DNA from: Candidatus Sumerlaeaceae bacterium
Lineage (GTDB): Bacteria; Sumerlaeota; Sumerlaeia; Sumerlaeales; Sumerlaeaceae
Reading direction: 5' to 3'
Length of the DNA: 64,000 nucleotides
Assembly: GCA_049968255.1 (NCBI GenBank)
Contig: JBMFRB010000006.1
Location: 1,034-65,033, forward strand
Shown: positions 19,559 to 28,733 of the stretch, piece by piece
Position numbering within the stretch: the first letter of the stretch is position 1
Layout of the letters: each line of letters opens with the position of its first letter
The notes under the pieces: generated by a model
Seen by the model: only the letters and a program-made list of their open reading frames with translations
Databases searched by the model: none
What the model was told of the DNA's origin: nothing
Program-made: the position numbers and the translations under genes

Positions 19559-21019
19559 CTAATTCTCGTCCTTCATCCAGATCGTAGCCGTAGGCAAGTC
19601 CTGGAGTCGGATGCCGAGGTTTCCAAGTTCGTCGCGAATGTAATCAGCGATTGCGAACTGCCTATGTTCGCGAGCCATTTTGCGCACCTTCACGAGTAAT
19701 TCGATAAGCTCTTCAGCCAGACGCACTTCTGCACCCATCTCTTGTTTCCTCTCGCTGAAGATAAGAGAGTCGAGTCCAAGCACAGAGAGCAGCCGATGGA
19801 TAAGGTTGATGAGACCGGCGACGTCGGCCGCGAGCGCGGGATTGCGCGGATCTTGCGCGAGTTTCAAACGCCAGGCGTTGAGATCTGCCACGGCGTCAAA
19901 GATCGCGGCAATTGCCCGCGGTGTATTGAAGTCATCGTCCATGGCTTCGCAGAATGCTGTCTCGAATTTTGCAACTTCTGTGGAGGGCTCTGCCTCGGAG
20001 GGCGGCGCAACAGCCGGGTCGATGAGCTCGAAAAGTTTTTCTGCACTAAGGACAGCTTCGCGGATACGGCCGACGGCGCTCTTGGCCTCTTCTAGAGCGG
20101 CATCGCTGTAGTCCAACGGGTGGCGATAGTGGGCGGAAAGCAGGTAGAAACGCACAGTGGCCGGCGGATACTTTGCGAGAACTTCCTTAATGGTGAAGAA
20201 ATTGCCCAGCGACTTGGACATTTTCTCTTTGTTGATGGTGAGAAAGCCGTTGTGAAGCCAATAGCGGACGAACGGTTTGCCGGTGGCGCCAATGGATTGG
20301 GCGCGCTCGTTTTCGTGGTGGGGGAAAACGAGATCGCAGCCACCGCTATGGATGTCTATCGTCTCGCCAAGGTGGGTGAGGGCCATCGCGGAACATTCGA
20401 TGTGCCAGCCAGGTCTACCAAGTCCCCATGGACTTTCCCAGGCAGGTTCGCCTGGCTTTGCGGCTTTCCAGAGAGCAAAATCGAGAGGATCTTCCTTGCG
20501 CTCCTCGATCTCGACGCGGGCTCCCTCCTCAAGCTCGTCCACTTTTTTGCCTGAGAGTTCGCCGTAAGAGGGGAAGCGCCGCACGCGGAAATAGACATTT
20601 CCGCCCACAACGTAGGCCAGACCACGATCAATGAGTTTTTGCACGAGATCGATGATTTGCGGAATATGTTCCGTGGCACGAGGGTGAACGGTGGCACGCT
20701 GAATACCAAGTGCATCAGCTGCCTTGAAGTATTCTTGTGTAAAACGTTCGGCGAGCTTATCCCAGGGCTCGCCAGTTTCATTTGCGCGCTTGATGATTTT
20801 ATCGTCGATGTCGGTGAAATTTTGGACGAAGCGAACACGGAAGCCGGCGAATTCGAGATAGCGCCGTATGGCATCGACCACTACAAAATTGCGCGCATTG
20901 CCAATGTGGAAGTAATCATAGACCGTAGGGCCGCAATTGTACATGAGCACCTGGGGGGGATTGAGCGGTTGAAACGCTTCTTTCTGACGTGTCGCCGTGT
21001 TGTAGATTTGGATTGCCAT
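19559..21019 (-). CDS. cysS: Cysteine--tRNA ligase
   Basis: CGPTVYDYFHIGNAR, DFALWK, GRPGWHIECSAM, DIHSGG.DL.FPHHENE, KMSKS. Start ATG 21019 (track 21040). Confidence 0.98.
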   Translation of the reverse strand: MAIQIYNTATRQKEAFQPLNPPQVLMYNCGPTVYDYFHIGNARNFVVVDAIRRYLEFAGFRVRFVQNFTDIDDKIIKRANETGEPWDKLAERFTQEYFKAADALGIQRATVHPRATEHIPQIIDLVQKLIDRGLAYVVGGNVYFRVRRFPSYGELSGKKVDELEEGARVEIEERKEDPLDFALWKAAKPGEPAWESPWGLGRPGWHIECSAMALTHLGETIDIHSGGCDLVFPHHENERAQSIGATGKPFVRYWLHNGFLTINKEKMSKSLGNFFTIKEVLAKYPPATVRFYLLSAHYRHPLDYSDAALEEAKSAVGRIREAVLSAEKLFELIDPAVAPPSEAEPSTEVAKFETAFCEAMDDDFNTPRAIAAIFDAVADLNAWRLKLAQDPRNPALAADVAGLINLIHRLLSVLGLDSLIFSERKQEMGAEVRLAEELIELLVKVRKMAREHRQFAIADYIRDELGNLGIRLQDLPTATIWMKDEN

Positions 21020-21092
21020 GCCTTCCGTTCTTCTATGCAAAGTGCGTCTTCAGCTGCTCAGCCGATTCATGCACATAGCCGAGCAAATCTCA

Positions 21093-21353
21093 TTAGAACC
21101 GGAGAAACGAGAGAACAATAGCGGCTAGGAGCGTTGCCACGCCTACAAGCCACATTTCCTTGACGAACAAAAAGGCAGTAAAAAGGAGCAGCAGGCACAC
21201 CAGGCCAACTTGCGCAAAATGAAGCGGCGTTTGCGATTTTCCGCCACGCGATTGGATTGCTGTCACTCTCACCACTCTCCAAGTTGTCGCCGTTTTCTGC
21301 AGATTGCTTTCACCAGCTGGTGCGGATGCCCATTCTGGTAAACGCAACCTCAC
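21093..21353 (-). CDS. Hypothetical small membrane protein
   Basis: Two C-terminal hydrophobic helices; GTG start 2 nt after the upstream stop; fills the gap before cysS. Confidence 0.45.
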   Translation of the reverse strand: MRLRLPEWASAPAGESNLQKTATTWRVVRVTAIQSRGGKSQTPLHFAQVGLVCLLLLFTAFLFVKEMWLVGVATLLAAIVLSFLRF

Positions 21354-21355
21354 GC

Positions 21356-21646
21356 CTAATATTGGTAGCGTTCGTAGAGGTCAAAATTGCCCGTGTAGTC
21401 CTCACGACGTGGCTTCGAAGTGTGACCAAAAACGTAGCGAAGCTTTGGCTGCGAAACAAGCCAGTGAATGGGACGCGTGACGAACGTTTCAATGCCTTTG
21501 CCAAAAGCATGGATCGGATAGACGAAATAACGGGCCGGATGATCAGAAGAATCAGTGTCATAAGTTTCAGCAAATGCCCGATTAGGCGCCAATGACAAAA
21601 GACCCACCACTGCCACAGTCGCGGCAATAACGCTGCGAATGTTCAT
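21356..21646 (-). CDS. Hypothetical small secreted protein (96 aa)
   Basis: Signal peptide ending AFA-E; good RBS (GAGGAGA) upstream; aromatic-rich mature part. Confidence 0.75.
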   Translation of the reverse strand: MNIRSVIAATVAVVGLLSLAPNRAFAETYDTDSSDHPARYFVYPIHAFGKGIETFVTRPIHWLVSQPKLRYVFGHTSKPRREDYTGNFDLYERYQY

Positions 21647-21851
21647 AGTCTGGTTCTCCTCGTTTTCTCAGTTGCCAATGATGGGCGAGGCTTGAGGACG
21701 CTGTAAAGGGAAAAGTCTGGTACCGGAAGCTCAGGGGTACTTTTCAGCAGCTCAGGAATACTCTGGCCATATGAGTTGCAGGCAAAGACGCCTACAGTAC
21801 GTGGTCGCGCCGGTGCGGGCGCAAAGGTTGGCCCCGAGCTCGCCATGGTCG

Positions 21852-23246
21852 TTACTCTATTCGGCGCAAGAAGAGACACTTGAGGTAGCGCGACTCTGGG
21901 AAGCCAAGGAGCTCGGGATGATCAGGCGGCTGGCCACCACGCGCCATAAGCTGAAAACGCATCCGCGCATTGCGAGCCGCGGTTTGTAGAAGAAGCTGAA
22001 AATGTTCCTCCGAAAGGTGCTGCGAACAGGAACACGTGACAAGAGTTCCCCCGACAGGCAGGAGCTTCATTGCCCGATAGTTGAGGCTAAGATAGGCGCG
22101 TTCAGCTTCAGGAAGGTGCTTCTGCGATTTTGCAAAGGCTGGCGGATCTGCTATGATCACGTCGAACTGCCGATCCCGCTGTTGGCGCAATGAGTCGAGG
22201 AAATCAAAGACATCGCTTTCAACAAATTCCACCTGTTCGAAGCCGGCTGCCTGCACCGACCTGCGCGCGAGCTCGATCGCAGGTCGAGCGGAGTCTACAC
22301 CCACAACGTGTTCAGCTCCGGCTTTGGCGGCAACCAAGGCCCAACCACCGACGTGGCAAAAAAGATCTAGTACTTTTTTGCGATGGACCCAAGGGAGAAG
22401 CAATCGCCGATTGAAACGCTGGTCAAGGTACAGACCCGTTTTCTGGCCGTGGACAGGATCACAGAAATACCGAATGCCATCCTGTTCCACGGCATGCGGG
22501 AGTTCGAGCTCACCGAAGATTTCAGGCTCTTTAACATCGAGCCCTTCTTTCGCACGCGACGGGGCATCGCGCCTGATGATGAGGGCGCGTGGAGCAAAAA
22601 GTGCCTGAAGCGTGCGAATGACGACGTCACTGCGCCGCTCGACAGCAAGCGTGAGGATCTGGATAACAAGCACATCAGCGAGTTTGTCCACTATGAGACC
22701 AGGGACGCCATCGGCCTCGCTGAATATAACTCGAAAGGAGTCCTCGAGGGCGAAGTGCACGCGGCGGCGGTTCCAAGCCCCGATGATAGCCTGCTCAATG
22801 TAATCATTATCAAAGGGGCGCAAATCGTAGGAAAAGAGGCGGGCGCGGATTTTTGATGCGCTATTGAATACGGCCGCGCCGAAGAACTTGCCGGATTTTG
22901 AGACGACGGCGGCCGCGTCGCCGTCGGTCGGTGTGCCCTCAACGTGAACGATCGCGTTGTCGTAGATCCAGATCGGGATCTGAGTGCCGTGCGGGGATTT
23001 TTTACCCTCCACAACTAAACAAGGGGTCCCGAGTCGCTTGACCAACTCAGGAATCGTGTAGGGATGAAGCGGGGTCACTGGTCGGGCTTGCTGCTCTTTT
23101 TCAAGCTCCGATTCAAGGAGTGATGGCTTGGGCAGGTTGCCGGGGGGGTTAGCTGTTCGTGTTGCCGATTTTCGGCGCGGCCGTGGGTTGGCGCCGCTTT
23201 TGGCAAACTGCTGCCACCATGGGTCTCCGTTGCTTCGCTTTGTCAT
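21852..23246 (-). CDS. rlmI: RlmI/YccW-like class I SAM-dependent rRNA methyltransferase with PUA domain
   Basis: SEADGVPGLIVD, GQKTGLYLDQR, VLDLFCHVGGW, DVIIADPPAF, TCSCS; about 70-aa N-terminal extension. Confidence 0.85.
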   Translation of the reverse strand: MTKRSNGDPWWQQFAKSGANPRPRRKSATRTANPPGNLPKPSLLESELEKEQQARPVTPLHPYTIPELVKRLGTPCLVVEGKKSPHGTQIPIWIYDNAIVHVEGTPTDGDAAAVVSKSGKFFGAAVFNSASKIRARLFSYDLRPFDNDYIEQAIIGAWNRRRVHFALEDSFRVIFSEADGVPGLIVDKLADVLVIQILTLAVERRSDVVIRTLQALFAPRALIIRRDAPSRAKEGLDVKEPEIFGELELPHAVEQDGIRYFCDPVHGQKTGLYLDQRFNRRLLLPWVHRKKVLDLFCHVGGWALVAAKAGAEHVVGVDSARPAIELARRSVQAAGFEQVEFVESDVFDFLDSLRQQRDRQFDVIIADPPAFAKSQKHLPEAERAYLSLNYRAMKLLPVGGTLVTCSCSQHLSEEHFQLLLQTAARNARMRFQLMARGGQPPDHPELLGFPESRYLKCLFLRRIE

Positions 23247-25960
23247 GGTCGTGCCCCTTGTTCACGCTCGGTGTAAGGCCCTTGAGCTTCGTGATCATGC
23301 TGATGCTTGTGAGTGGCAACGCGCTGCGGTCTGGTGGTGACATCCCAGACATAGAGCGGCTCGTGCGTCACTTGGAAAGTCATAACTTTTGTTGTCTCGC
23401 CATCCGTGGCATCGGTGCGGGCGACAGGTTCTACGCACACTGGATCAACCTGGGCACCCAGATAGTCGAACGCATAGCAACCGGCGGGGCTGATCGGGAC
23501 GCGCAGCGTTGCTGTGCTTTTTTCATCGTTGGACCAAGCGACGTAAAGCTTGCCGGGCCATCTCATGCTATGCAGCTCGATATCGAATGCATGGACGGTG
23601 AGTGTGCCCGTGGTGTGCGATTCAAGAGGCTTGGTGCTCGTGAGCATGAAGAGCGCGAGATTGCACGCGATGGCGGCAGGCTTGGGGCGTAGATTCGAAT
23701 CGAGAAGGCCACAGAATTTTGTTGGGGGGCTTTCCCAGGGATTTTCTACACGATCGTGTAAATCGGACCAAAACACGCGAACGGCTTTTGACGAAGCTGC
23801 TATTGTGTAGAGGCGCACGAGATAATTTGCCTGAGTGAGTTCGCTGCCCCACAGCGGATGAGAGCTCCAGCCCACTGGCCCAATCCACAGGGGACGACGG
23901 AGTAGATTGTGTGCCCGGAGAAGCGAACGCATAAGATCGATTTGGGCCTCTACTTGGTTTTCTTCGGGGCTAGCTTGTGGCAGAGGCGTGTAAAGTCCGA
24001 CGAGTTGAGCTTCGGTCCAATTGCGAACGGCTTTTGGTAAATGAGCTTTGAACTCGGCAGGATCAAAGGGCGGCGGGAAAACCGCGAGCAAACTTGGCGA
24101 GCTTTCGGCAGTGTTATCGAGGGCGCGATAGGCGCTCTCAAAAGCCAAGTGAACTAACTCAGGCGAATAGCAAGAGTGGGGGCGATCGGGCTGTGTTTCG
24201 GGCAGCCGCAAGGCAAAAATTCGCAGCTTCTCCCCTACTGCACGGCGATATTGGCTTAGCCATTTGAGCCAGTGAGTGAAGGTCGTGGCGCGATCGATGT
24301 GCTGGAGGGCATCCGAAACGGCCGCCTCATCTGGCACGGGAACATCCACGACACAGCGGAGACCGCGGTCCTTTGCTTCCTTCGCGAGAGTCTGAACGCG
24401 GGGCCAGCTGTAAGCGTTGGGATTGGCGACGATCTCCTGAAGGTCGTATGGGAAACGCGCCCAAATTGGCCCAATGCGTGCTTGCCAACCGAAAAGCTTG
24501 CGGCCGAGCTTACCAAGGTCGACAATGTCCATGCGCGACACGTCCGCCTGATCAATGCCGAACAGCGTAAGGGGCAAACGGACTTCGCGCGGCACCTTGG
24601 CAAACGCCCATAGCGCGAAACGATCCTCGCCAAGCAGTGTGGCCGAGGTGGGAGGCTCTTCCAGGGCCATGATATAGCCGCCGACAAGGCGAGTGGTGAC
24701 GCCATCAGGAAGCGCGATTGCGGCGGTGGTAGCGCCATCCTGCGGGCGAGAACCAACGTGAAGAGGGAAGAGGGCAGGCACGCGGCGAGATTCGTGCAGC
24801 GGCTCCGCATAAGCACGGACTCGCATTTCCAAAAGTCCGGGCACGGGAATAAGGAGTTTTTCTTGCGCTGCTAACAATGCTGCTGCACTCACGATCTGCG
24901 AAATGACGGGTTGCCCGCGATGATCATAAGCCGAGACAAGAATGGATTTGGGGATGTGCCTGCCACCTTCGAGCTGAATGCGCGGCGCAATGAATGTGGG
25001 AGCCACAATAGATTGCTGCTTTTCAAATTCTTCGACGCCAAGGCGCACGACGAGTCCATGCGGCACGGCGTGCAAGGTGACAGACGTGAACGCACCACTC
25101 TGCGGTTCATAAAATGAGACGGGGTGAGGGCCGGGCGTGCGAACAAAGATCGGAACGCGGGCAAAGCCGCTGACAGCAGAGACTTGCGCGGGAAGCAGGA
25201 CATCGTTACGCGCAGAAGTATAGCACGCAAGTTTTCCAGAAAAGGGCAGACCGTCGGTGTCTTCGACGCGCACAAGCAGCGACGTGTCTTTTTGGATCGG
25301 CACGGTGGTCTCGGCTGGACAATGGAGTCGCAGCGGTGGGGGAGCATCCACGAGCTCGACTTGTTCGAGCACAAAGCCATTCAAACCGGGAAAAACATTC
25401 CGGACGAAAAACTGAATTCGCACGGGGTCATTTGGCCGCTGCTCTAACGCATGAAAATCAGACGGGGCGAACAGAGAGTCGATACGGATTTGAAATGTTT
25501 TCGGGCGATCCGTGGTTAGAGCAACGCCATAGTCGGCAGCAGGTCCTTGGGGTAAGATGACACGGATATTGAGAAATTTGCTGCGCGCGTGCGCTTGAGC
25601 GGTAAATCGCAGCTCGGAACTTTGCACGAGCTCACGGGCTGCGACGCTAGCTTCGTAGCCAATGAAAGAAGCTCCCGTCGAAGAGAGATCGGCTCGGCAG
25701 CTAAAACGGGCAATTGCTTCATGGGCACGGGGCGGGGCCGAAGAAGTGAAGGCGCTCGCGGGAATTCCGATATCTGCAAGTGGAACGAGCTGCTGGAGCG
25801 AAACGTTGCGGGCTTGCGCCGCTTGGAAGGTGAGCGCCGCGAGGAGGAAAACAAGAGGGATTCTCAACACTGCGCAGACTAATTCCGCCACACGCCTCTC
25901 ACTGCATTCAGTTTGCATCGTGCTCATGCTCCTTCTCTCGTGGGCTCGACTCTGACTCAT
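23243..25960 (-). CDS. Secreted multidomain protein with a clan GH-A (GH39/GH5-like) barrel, apparently non-catalytic
   Basis: Signal peptide (..QAAQA), beta-sandwich region, then YSWPRV..AKDRGL, PLWIGPVGW, QANYLVRLY, VFWSDLHD, GLLDSNLRPKPA. Confidence 0.7.
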   Translation of the reverse strand: MSQSRAHERRSMSTMQTECSERRVAELVCAVLRIPLVFLLAALTFQAAQARNVSLQQLVPLADIGIPASAFTSSAPPRAHEAIARFSCRADLSSTGASFIGYEASVAARELVQSSELRFTAQAHARSKFLNIRVILPQGPAADYGVALTTDRPKTFQIRIDSLFAPSDFHALEQRPNDPVRIQFFVRNVFPGLNGFVLEQVELVDAPPPLRLHCPAETTVPIQKDTSLLVRVEDTDGLPFSGKLACYTSARNDVLLPAQVSAVSGFARVPIFVRTPGPHPVSFYEPQSGAFTSVTLHAVPHGLVVRLGVEEFEKQQSIVAPTFIAPRIQLEGGRHIPKSILVSAYDHRGQPVISQIVSAAALLAAQEKLLIPVPGLLEMRVRAYAEPLHESRRVPALFPLHVGSRPQDGATTAAIALPDGVTTRLVGGYIMALEEPPTSATLLGEDRFALWAFAKVPREVRLPLTLFGIDQADVSRMDIVDLGKLGRKLFGWQARIGPIWARFPYDLQEIVANPNAYSWPRVQTLAKEAKDRGLRCVVDVPVPDEAAVSDALQHIDRATTFTHWLKWLSQYRRAVGEKLRIFALRLPETQPDRPHSCYSPELVHLAFESAYRALDNTAESSPSLLAVFPPPFDPAEFKAHLPKAVRNWTEAQLVGLYTPLPQASPEENQVEAQIDLMRSLLRAHNLLRRPLWIGPVGWSSHPLWGSELTQANYLVRLYTIAASSKAVRVFWSDLHDRVENPWESPPTKFCGLLDSNLRPKPAAIACNLALFMLTSTKPLESHTTGTLTVHAFDIELHSMRWPGKLYVAWSNDEKSTATLRVPISPAGCYAFDYLGAQVDPVCVEPVARTDATDGETTKVMTFQVTHEPLYVWDVTTRPQRVATHKHQHDHEAQGPYTEREQGARP

Positions 25961-25997
25961 ACACTCACGAGAAAGAAGAGAGGGAGAGGCGCGTGCT

Positions 25998-26225
25998 TCA
26001 AGCGGTTTCGATTCGCCGGACTTCGAATCCCTGACTCTCTATGCAGCTCTTGATTTCGTCCAAATTTGCCCGATCCAAATCAAGCACCAGATCTACGAGG
26101 CGCTTGTCAGGCATGGCTTTCACGGAGATCACGCCTGCGGCACCTGTGATTGCCTTCGAAATAATACCCGCACAGTTGGCGCATGTCATCCGGTCGACGT
26201 AAACGAAATACCGCTGTTGGGCCAC
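25998..26225 (-). CDS. copZ: Heavy-metal-associated (HMA) domain chaperone, CopZ-like
   Basis: VDRMTCANCAG MxCxxC motif in a 75-aa protein; strong RBS AAGGAGG. Confidence 0.85.
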   Translation of the reverse strand: MAQQRYFVYVDRMTCANCAGIISKAITGAAGVISVKAMPDKRLVDLVLDLDRANLDEIKSCIESQGFEVRRIETA

Positions 26226-26259
26226 CGCGAATCCGCCTCCTTTGCCAAGAGTGAGTAAA

Positions 26260-26287
26260 AGTGTACAGCGCCAATCCTTTTTGTCAA
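26260..26287 (-). promoter_or_regulatory. sigma70-type promoter for copZ and downstream genes
   Basis: TTGACA-N16-TACACT on the minus strand, about 35 nt above the GTG start. Confidence 0.7.
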
Positions 26288-26545
26288 CTATTCTGGCTCG
26301 TAGACTTTTCTTCTGGCGAGGGGGATACGAGAGATTGGGCGTAATGCCCTGGTGTCCGAAGCGATCCAGCTGGCATCGAGTTTGGCACTACAGCCTGTGG
26401 CCGGTAAAAAGCAAAAATCGGCCAGGTAGAAAAATTTTTGGGCATAATGGCGATGCGGTGGACCGCAATCAGCCGGACGTGCCGAGAGAGGCTCACTTGC
26501 CCAAGCCAAAGAAGTGAGAATTGCGCAGACAAGAACCTTGTTCAT
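26288..26545 (-). CDS. Possible small secreted Cys-containing peptide
   Basis: MNKVLVCAILTSLAWA signal-like start, purine-rich GGGGGAAAA upstream; occupies an otherwise empty intergenic gap. Confidence 0.35.
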   Translation of the reverse strand: MNKVLVCAILTSLAWASEPLSARPADCGPPHRHYAQKFFYLADFCFLPATGCSAKLDASWIASDTRALRPISRIPLARRKVYEPE

Positions 26546-26603
26546 AGTGTTGTTTTTCCCCCGACATGAGTGGACAAGTCAAAGCAAGAGTGGAGGCGCG
26601 ACG

Positions 26604-27791
26604 ATGACGCACCATGACGAGGTCCGGCAACGAGTGGTTTACCTTGACCACCACGCGACAACACCTCTCGATCCTCGGGTGCTGGAGGCCATGATGCCGT
26701 ACTTCACAACGGAATTCGGCAATGCTTCCAGCGCCACGCACGTATTCGGTTGGAGGGCGAAGGAAGGAGTCGAAAAAGCTCGCCATGAAGTGGCCGCCCT
26801 CATAGGCGCTCGTGCCAAAGAGATCATCTTCACCTCTGGAGCGACGGAAAGCATCAATCTGACGCTCAAAGGCGTTGTAGGGGCGTACGGGGAGCGACCG
26901 AAGCGCATCGTGACAACAACCATCGAACATCGTGCGACATTGGATTGTTGCGATTACCTTGCGCGACAAGGTTGCGAGATCGAGCTCGTCGGTGTGGACG
27001 AACAAGGCTTCGTGCGGCTCGACGAGCTCGAACGTGCATTGTCAAAACCCACGCTGCTCGTAAGCGTTATCCACGGCAATAATGAAATTGGTACTTTGCA
27101 GGATTTGGGCACAATTGCAGCACTCTGTCGCAAGAGGGGGGCGCTGCTCCATGTGGACGCGGCGCAGTCGCTCGGAAAAACGCCGCTCAACGTGCGCGAG
27201 CTGAGTATCGATTTGCTCTCGATGAGCGCGCACAAGCTCTACGGGCCAAAAGGCGTGGGGGCTCTTTACGTGCGTGGCGGAACGCCGGGAGTGAAGCTCA
27301 CGCCGCTTCTTCACGGCGGCGGGCAGGAGCGCGGGCTGCGGCCGGGGACATTGAATGTGCCGGCAATCGTGGGCTTTGGCAAAGCCTGCAGCTTGGCCGC
27401 TGAACTGATGGAGGAAGAAGGCGCGCGGCTCAGCATGTTGCGCGATCTCTTGTGGCAACTCATTGAAGCAAGGATCCCCAACGTTCGACTCAACGGTCCA
27501 CGGCATAATCGTTTGCCGAATAATCTCAATATATCGTTCGCCCAAGTGGAAGGCGAATCACTCATCATGGCATTGCGTGATGTGGCAGTCAGTACGGGAA
27601 GTGCGTGCAGCTCAGCCAAGCGTGAGCCTTCGCACGTCCTGCGCGCGATTGGGGTGAGCGGCGAACTCGCACACGCATCGCTACGCTTTGGGCTTGGGCG
27701 CTGGACGACCGAAGAAGAGGTTCGCTACGCGGTCAGTCGACTTGCAGAAGAGGTGCACCGACTGCGAGCATTAGGCTTTAGCGAGGATTAG
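26604..27791 (+). CDS. iscS: Cysteine desulfurase (IscS/NifS group I)
   Basis: YLDHHATTP, FTSGATES, HVDAAQS, SAHKLYGPKG, GGGQERG.R.GT, STGSACSS. Start ATG 26604 with RBS GGAGG (track 26514). Confidence 0.96.
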   Translation: MTHHDEVRQRVVYLDHHATTPLDPRVLEAMMPYFTTEFGNASSATHVFGWRAKEGVEKARHEVAALIGARAKEIIFTSGATESINLTLKGVVGAYGERPKRIVTTTIEHRATLDCCDYLARQGCEIELVGVDEQGFVRLDELERALSKPTLLVSVIHGNNEIGTLQDLGTIAALCRKRGALLHVDAAQSLGKTPLNVRELSIDLLSMSAHKLYGPKGVGALYVRGGTPGVKLTPLLHGGGQERGLRPGTLNVPAIVGFGKACSLAAELMEEEGARLSMLRDLLWQLIEARIPNVRLNGPRHNRLPNNLNISFAQVEGESLIMALRDVAVSTGSACSSAKREPSHVLRAIGVSGELAHASLRFGLGRWTTEEEVRYAVSRLAEEVHRLRALGFSED

Positions 27792-27846
27792 AAGTTATTC
27801 GTCCGAAACACCGAAGGAGAATCATGAATAGGAAAAGCAAGACATA

Positions 27847-27868
27847 ATAGCACTAATTTAGTCCATAT
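27847..27868. promoter_or_regulatory. Palindrome resembling an IscR/Rrf2-type operator upstream of iscA
   Basis: ACTAA-T-TTAGT perfect 5-1-5 dyad (27852-27862) within ATAGCACTAATTTAGTCCATAT, in an AT-rich gap next to CATAAT. Confidence 0.4.
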
Positions 27869-27890
27869 TCAATTCAGGAGCGAAATCACG

Positions 27891-28262
27891 ATGGCTATTG
27901 TCCTCACCGAAGCTGCTCAGAAAGAAGTCCGGCGCATTTTGGAGTCTCAGGGTAAAGCTGAGTGGGGGCTGCGCGTGGGAGTGAAAGACGGAGGGTGCTC
28001 TGGTATGTCGTATTCTATGGATATTGAGGAGCGACCGCGCACTGATGATCGCGTGTTTGACTGTGGTGGCATCAAAGTTTTTTGCGATCCAAAGAGTTAT
28101 CTCTTCTTGAATGGACTCGTCATTGACTTTTCGAATGCCCTTCTCAATGGCGGTTTCAAATTTACGAACCCCAACGCCATGAGGACTTGCAGTTGCGGGA
28201 CGTCGTTTTCAACTGGCAAGACTCCCATGCCGCCAGCATCCGAGACAACTTGCTGCAGCTAA
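27891..28262 (+). CDS. iscA: A-type Fe-S carrier (IscA/HesB family)
   Basis: LRVGVKDGGCSGMSY, IDF, GFKFTNPNA..TCSCG.SF. Confidence 0.93.
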   Translation: MAIVLTEAAQKEVRRILESQGKAEWGLRVGVKDGGCSGMSYSMDIEERPRTDDRVFDCGGIKVFCDPKSYLFLNGLVIDFSNALLNGGFKFTNPNAMRTCSCGTSFSTGKTPMPPASETTCCS

Positions 28263-28391
28263 TGGTTAGGGCCGCGCGACGATGCGCATTGGCCAGAGCC
28301 ACAGTTGATCTAGTGGGAATTTTTTCGTGAAGAACAATGAGCGATTCGTTGGACACGTTTTGGTAGGTTGGAGAGGCATAATCGCGCGTCA

Positions 28392-28607
28392 TTAGAGCTC
28401 GCGCCTGAGGAGGAGGACGTTGTAAGCACGTCGTACGTTGCCATCTTCCACCAGCTCGAATTCGACGCGGTCTCCTTCCATTAGGGTCTTGTGGCCCTCA
28501 GCGAGAATTGCAGAGTAGTGAACAAAAACGTCCGGTCCGCCATCAGCGGGGCGAATAAAACCGTAGCCCTTCTTATCGTTGAACCACTTAACAACTCCCG
28601 TCGCCAT
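28392..28607 (-). CDS. Cold-shock domain protein
   Basis: [15 protein letters not shown] (RNP1) and DVFVHYSAI (RNP2). Confidence 0.95.
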   Translation of the reverse strand: MATGVVKWFNDKKGYGFIRPADGGPDVFVHYSAILAEGHKTLMEGDRVEFELVEDGNVRRAYNVLLLRREL

Positions 28608-28733
28608 ACTCACGGTTGTTTTTTCGGATACTGATAATAAAATAACACGTACGCTCTCTCCTGCGCCTTGCTAGCGGCTAGGCCACTGCGAAAAAGAAAT
28701 CTTATCCTGAAAAGGAAATCGTGTTTGGTTCTG

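Noticed and set aside
26015-26035. TTCGAATCC T-loop-like motif suggesting a tRNA
   Set aside because: It lies inside the copZ coding sequence and no cloverleaf can be formed.
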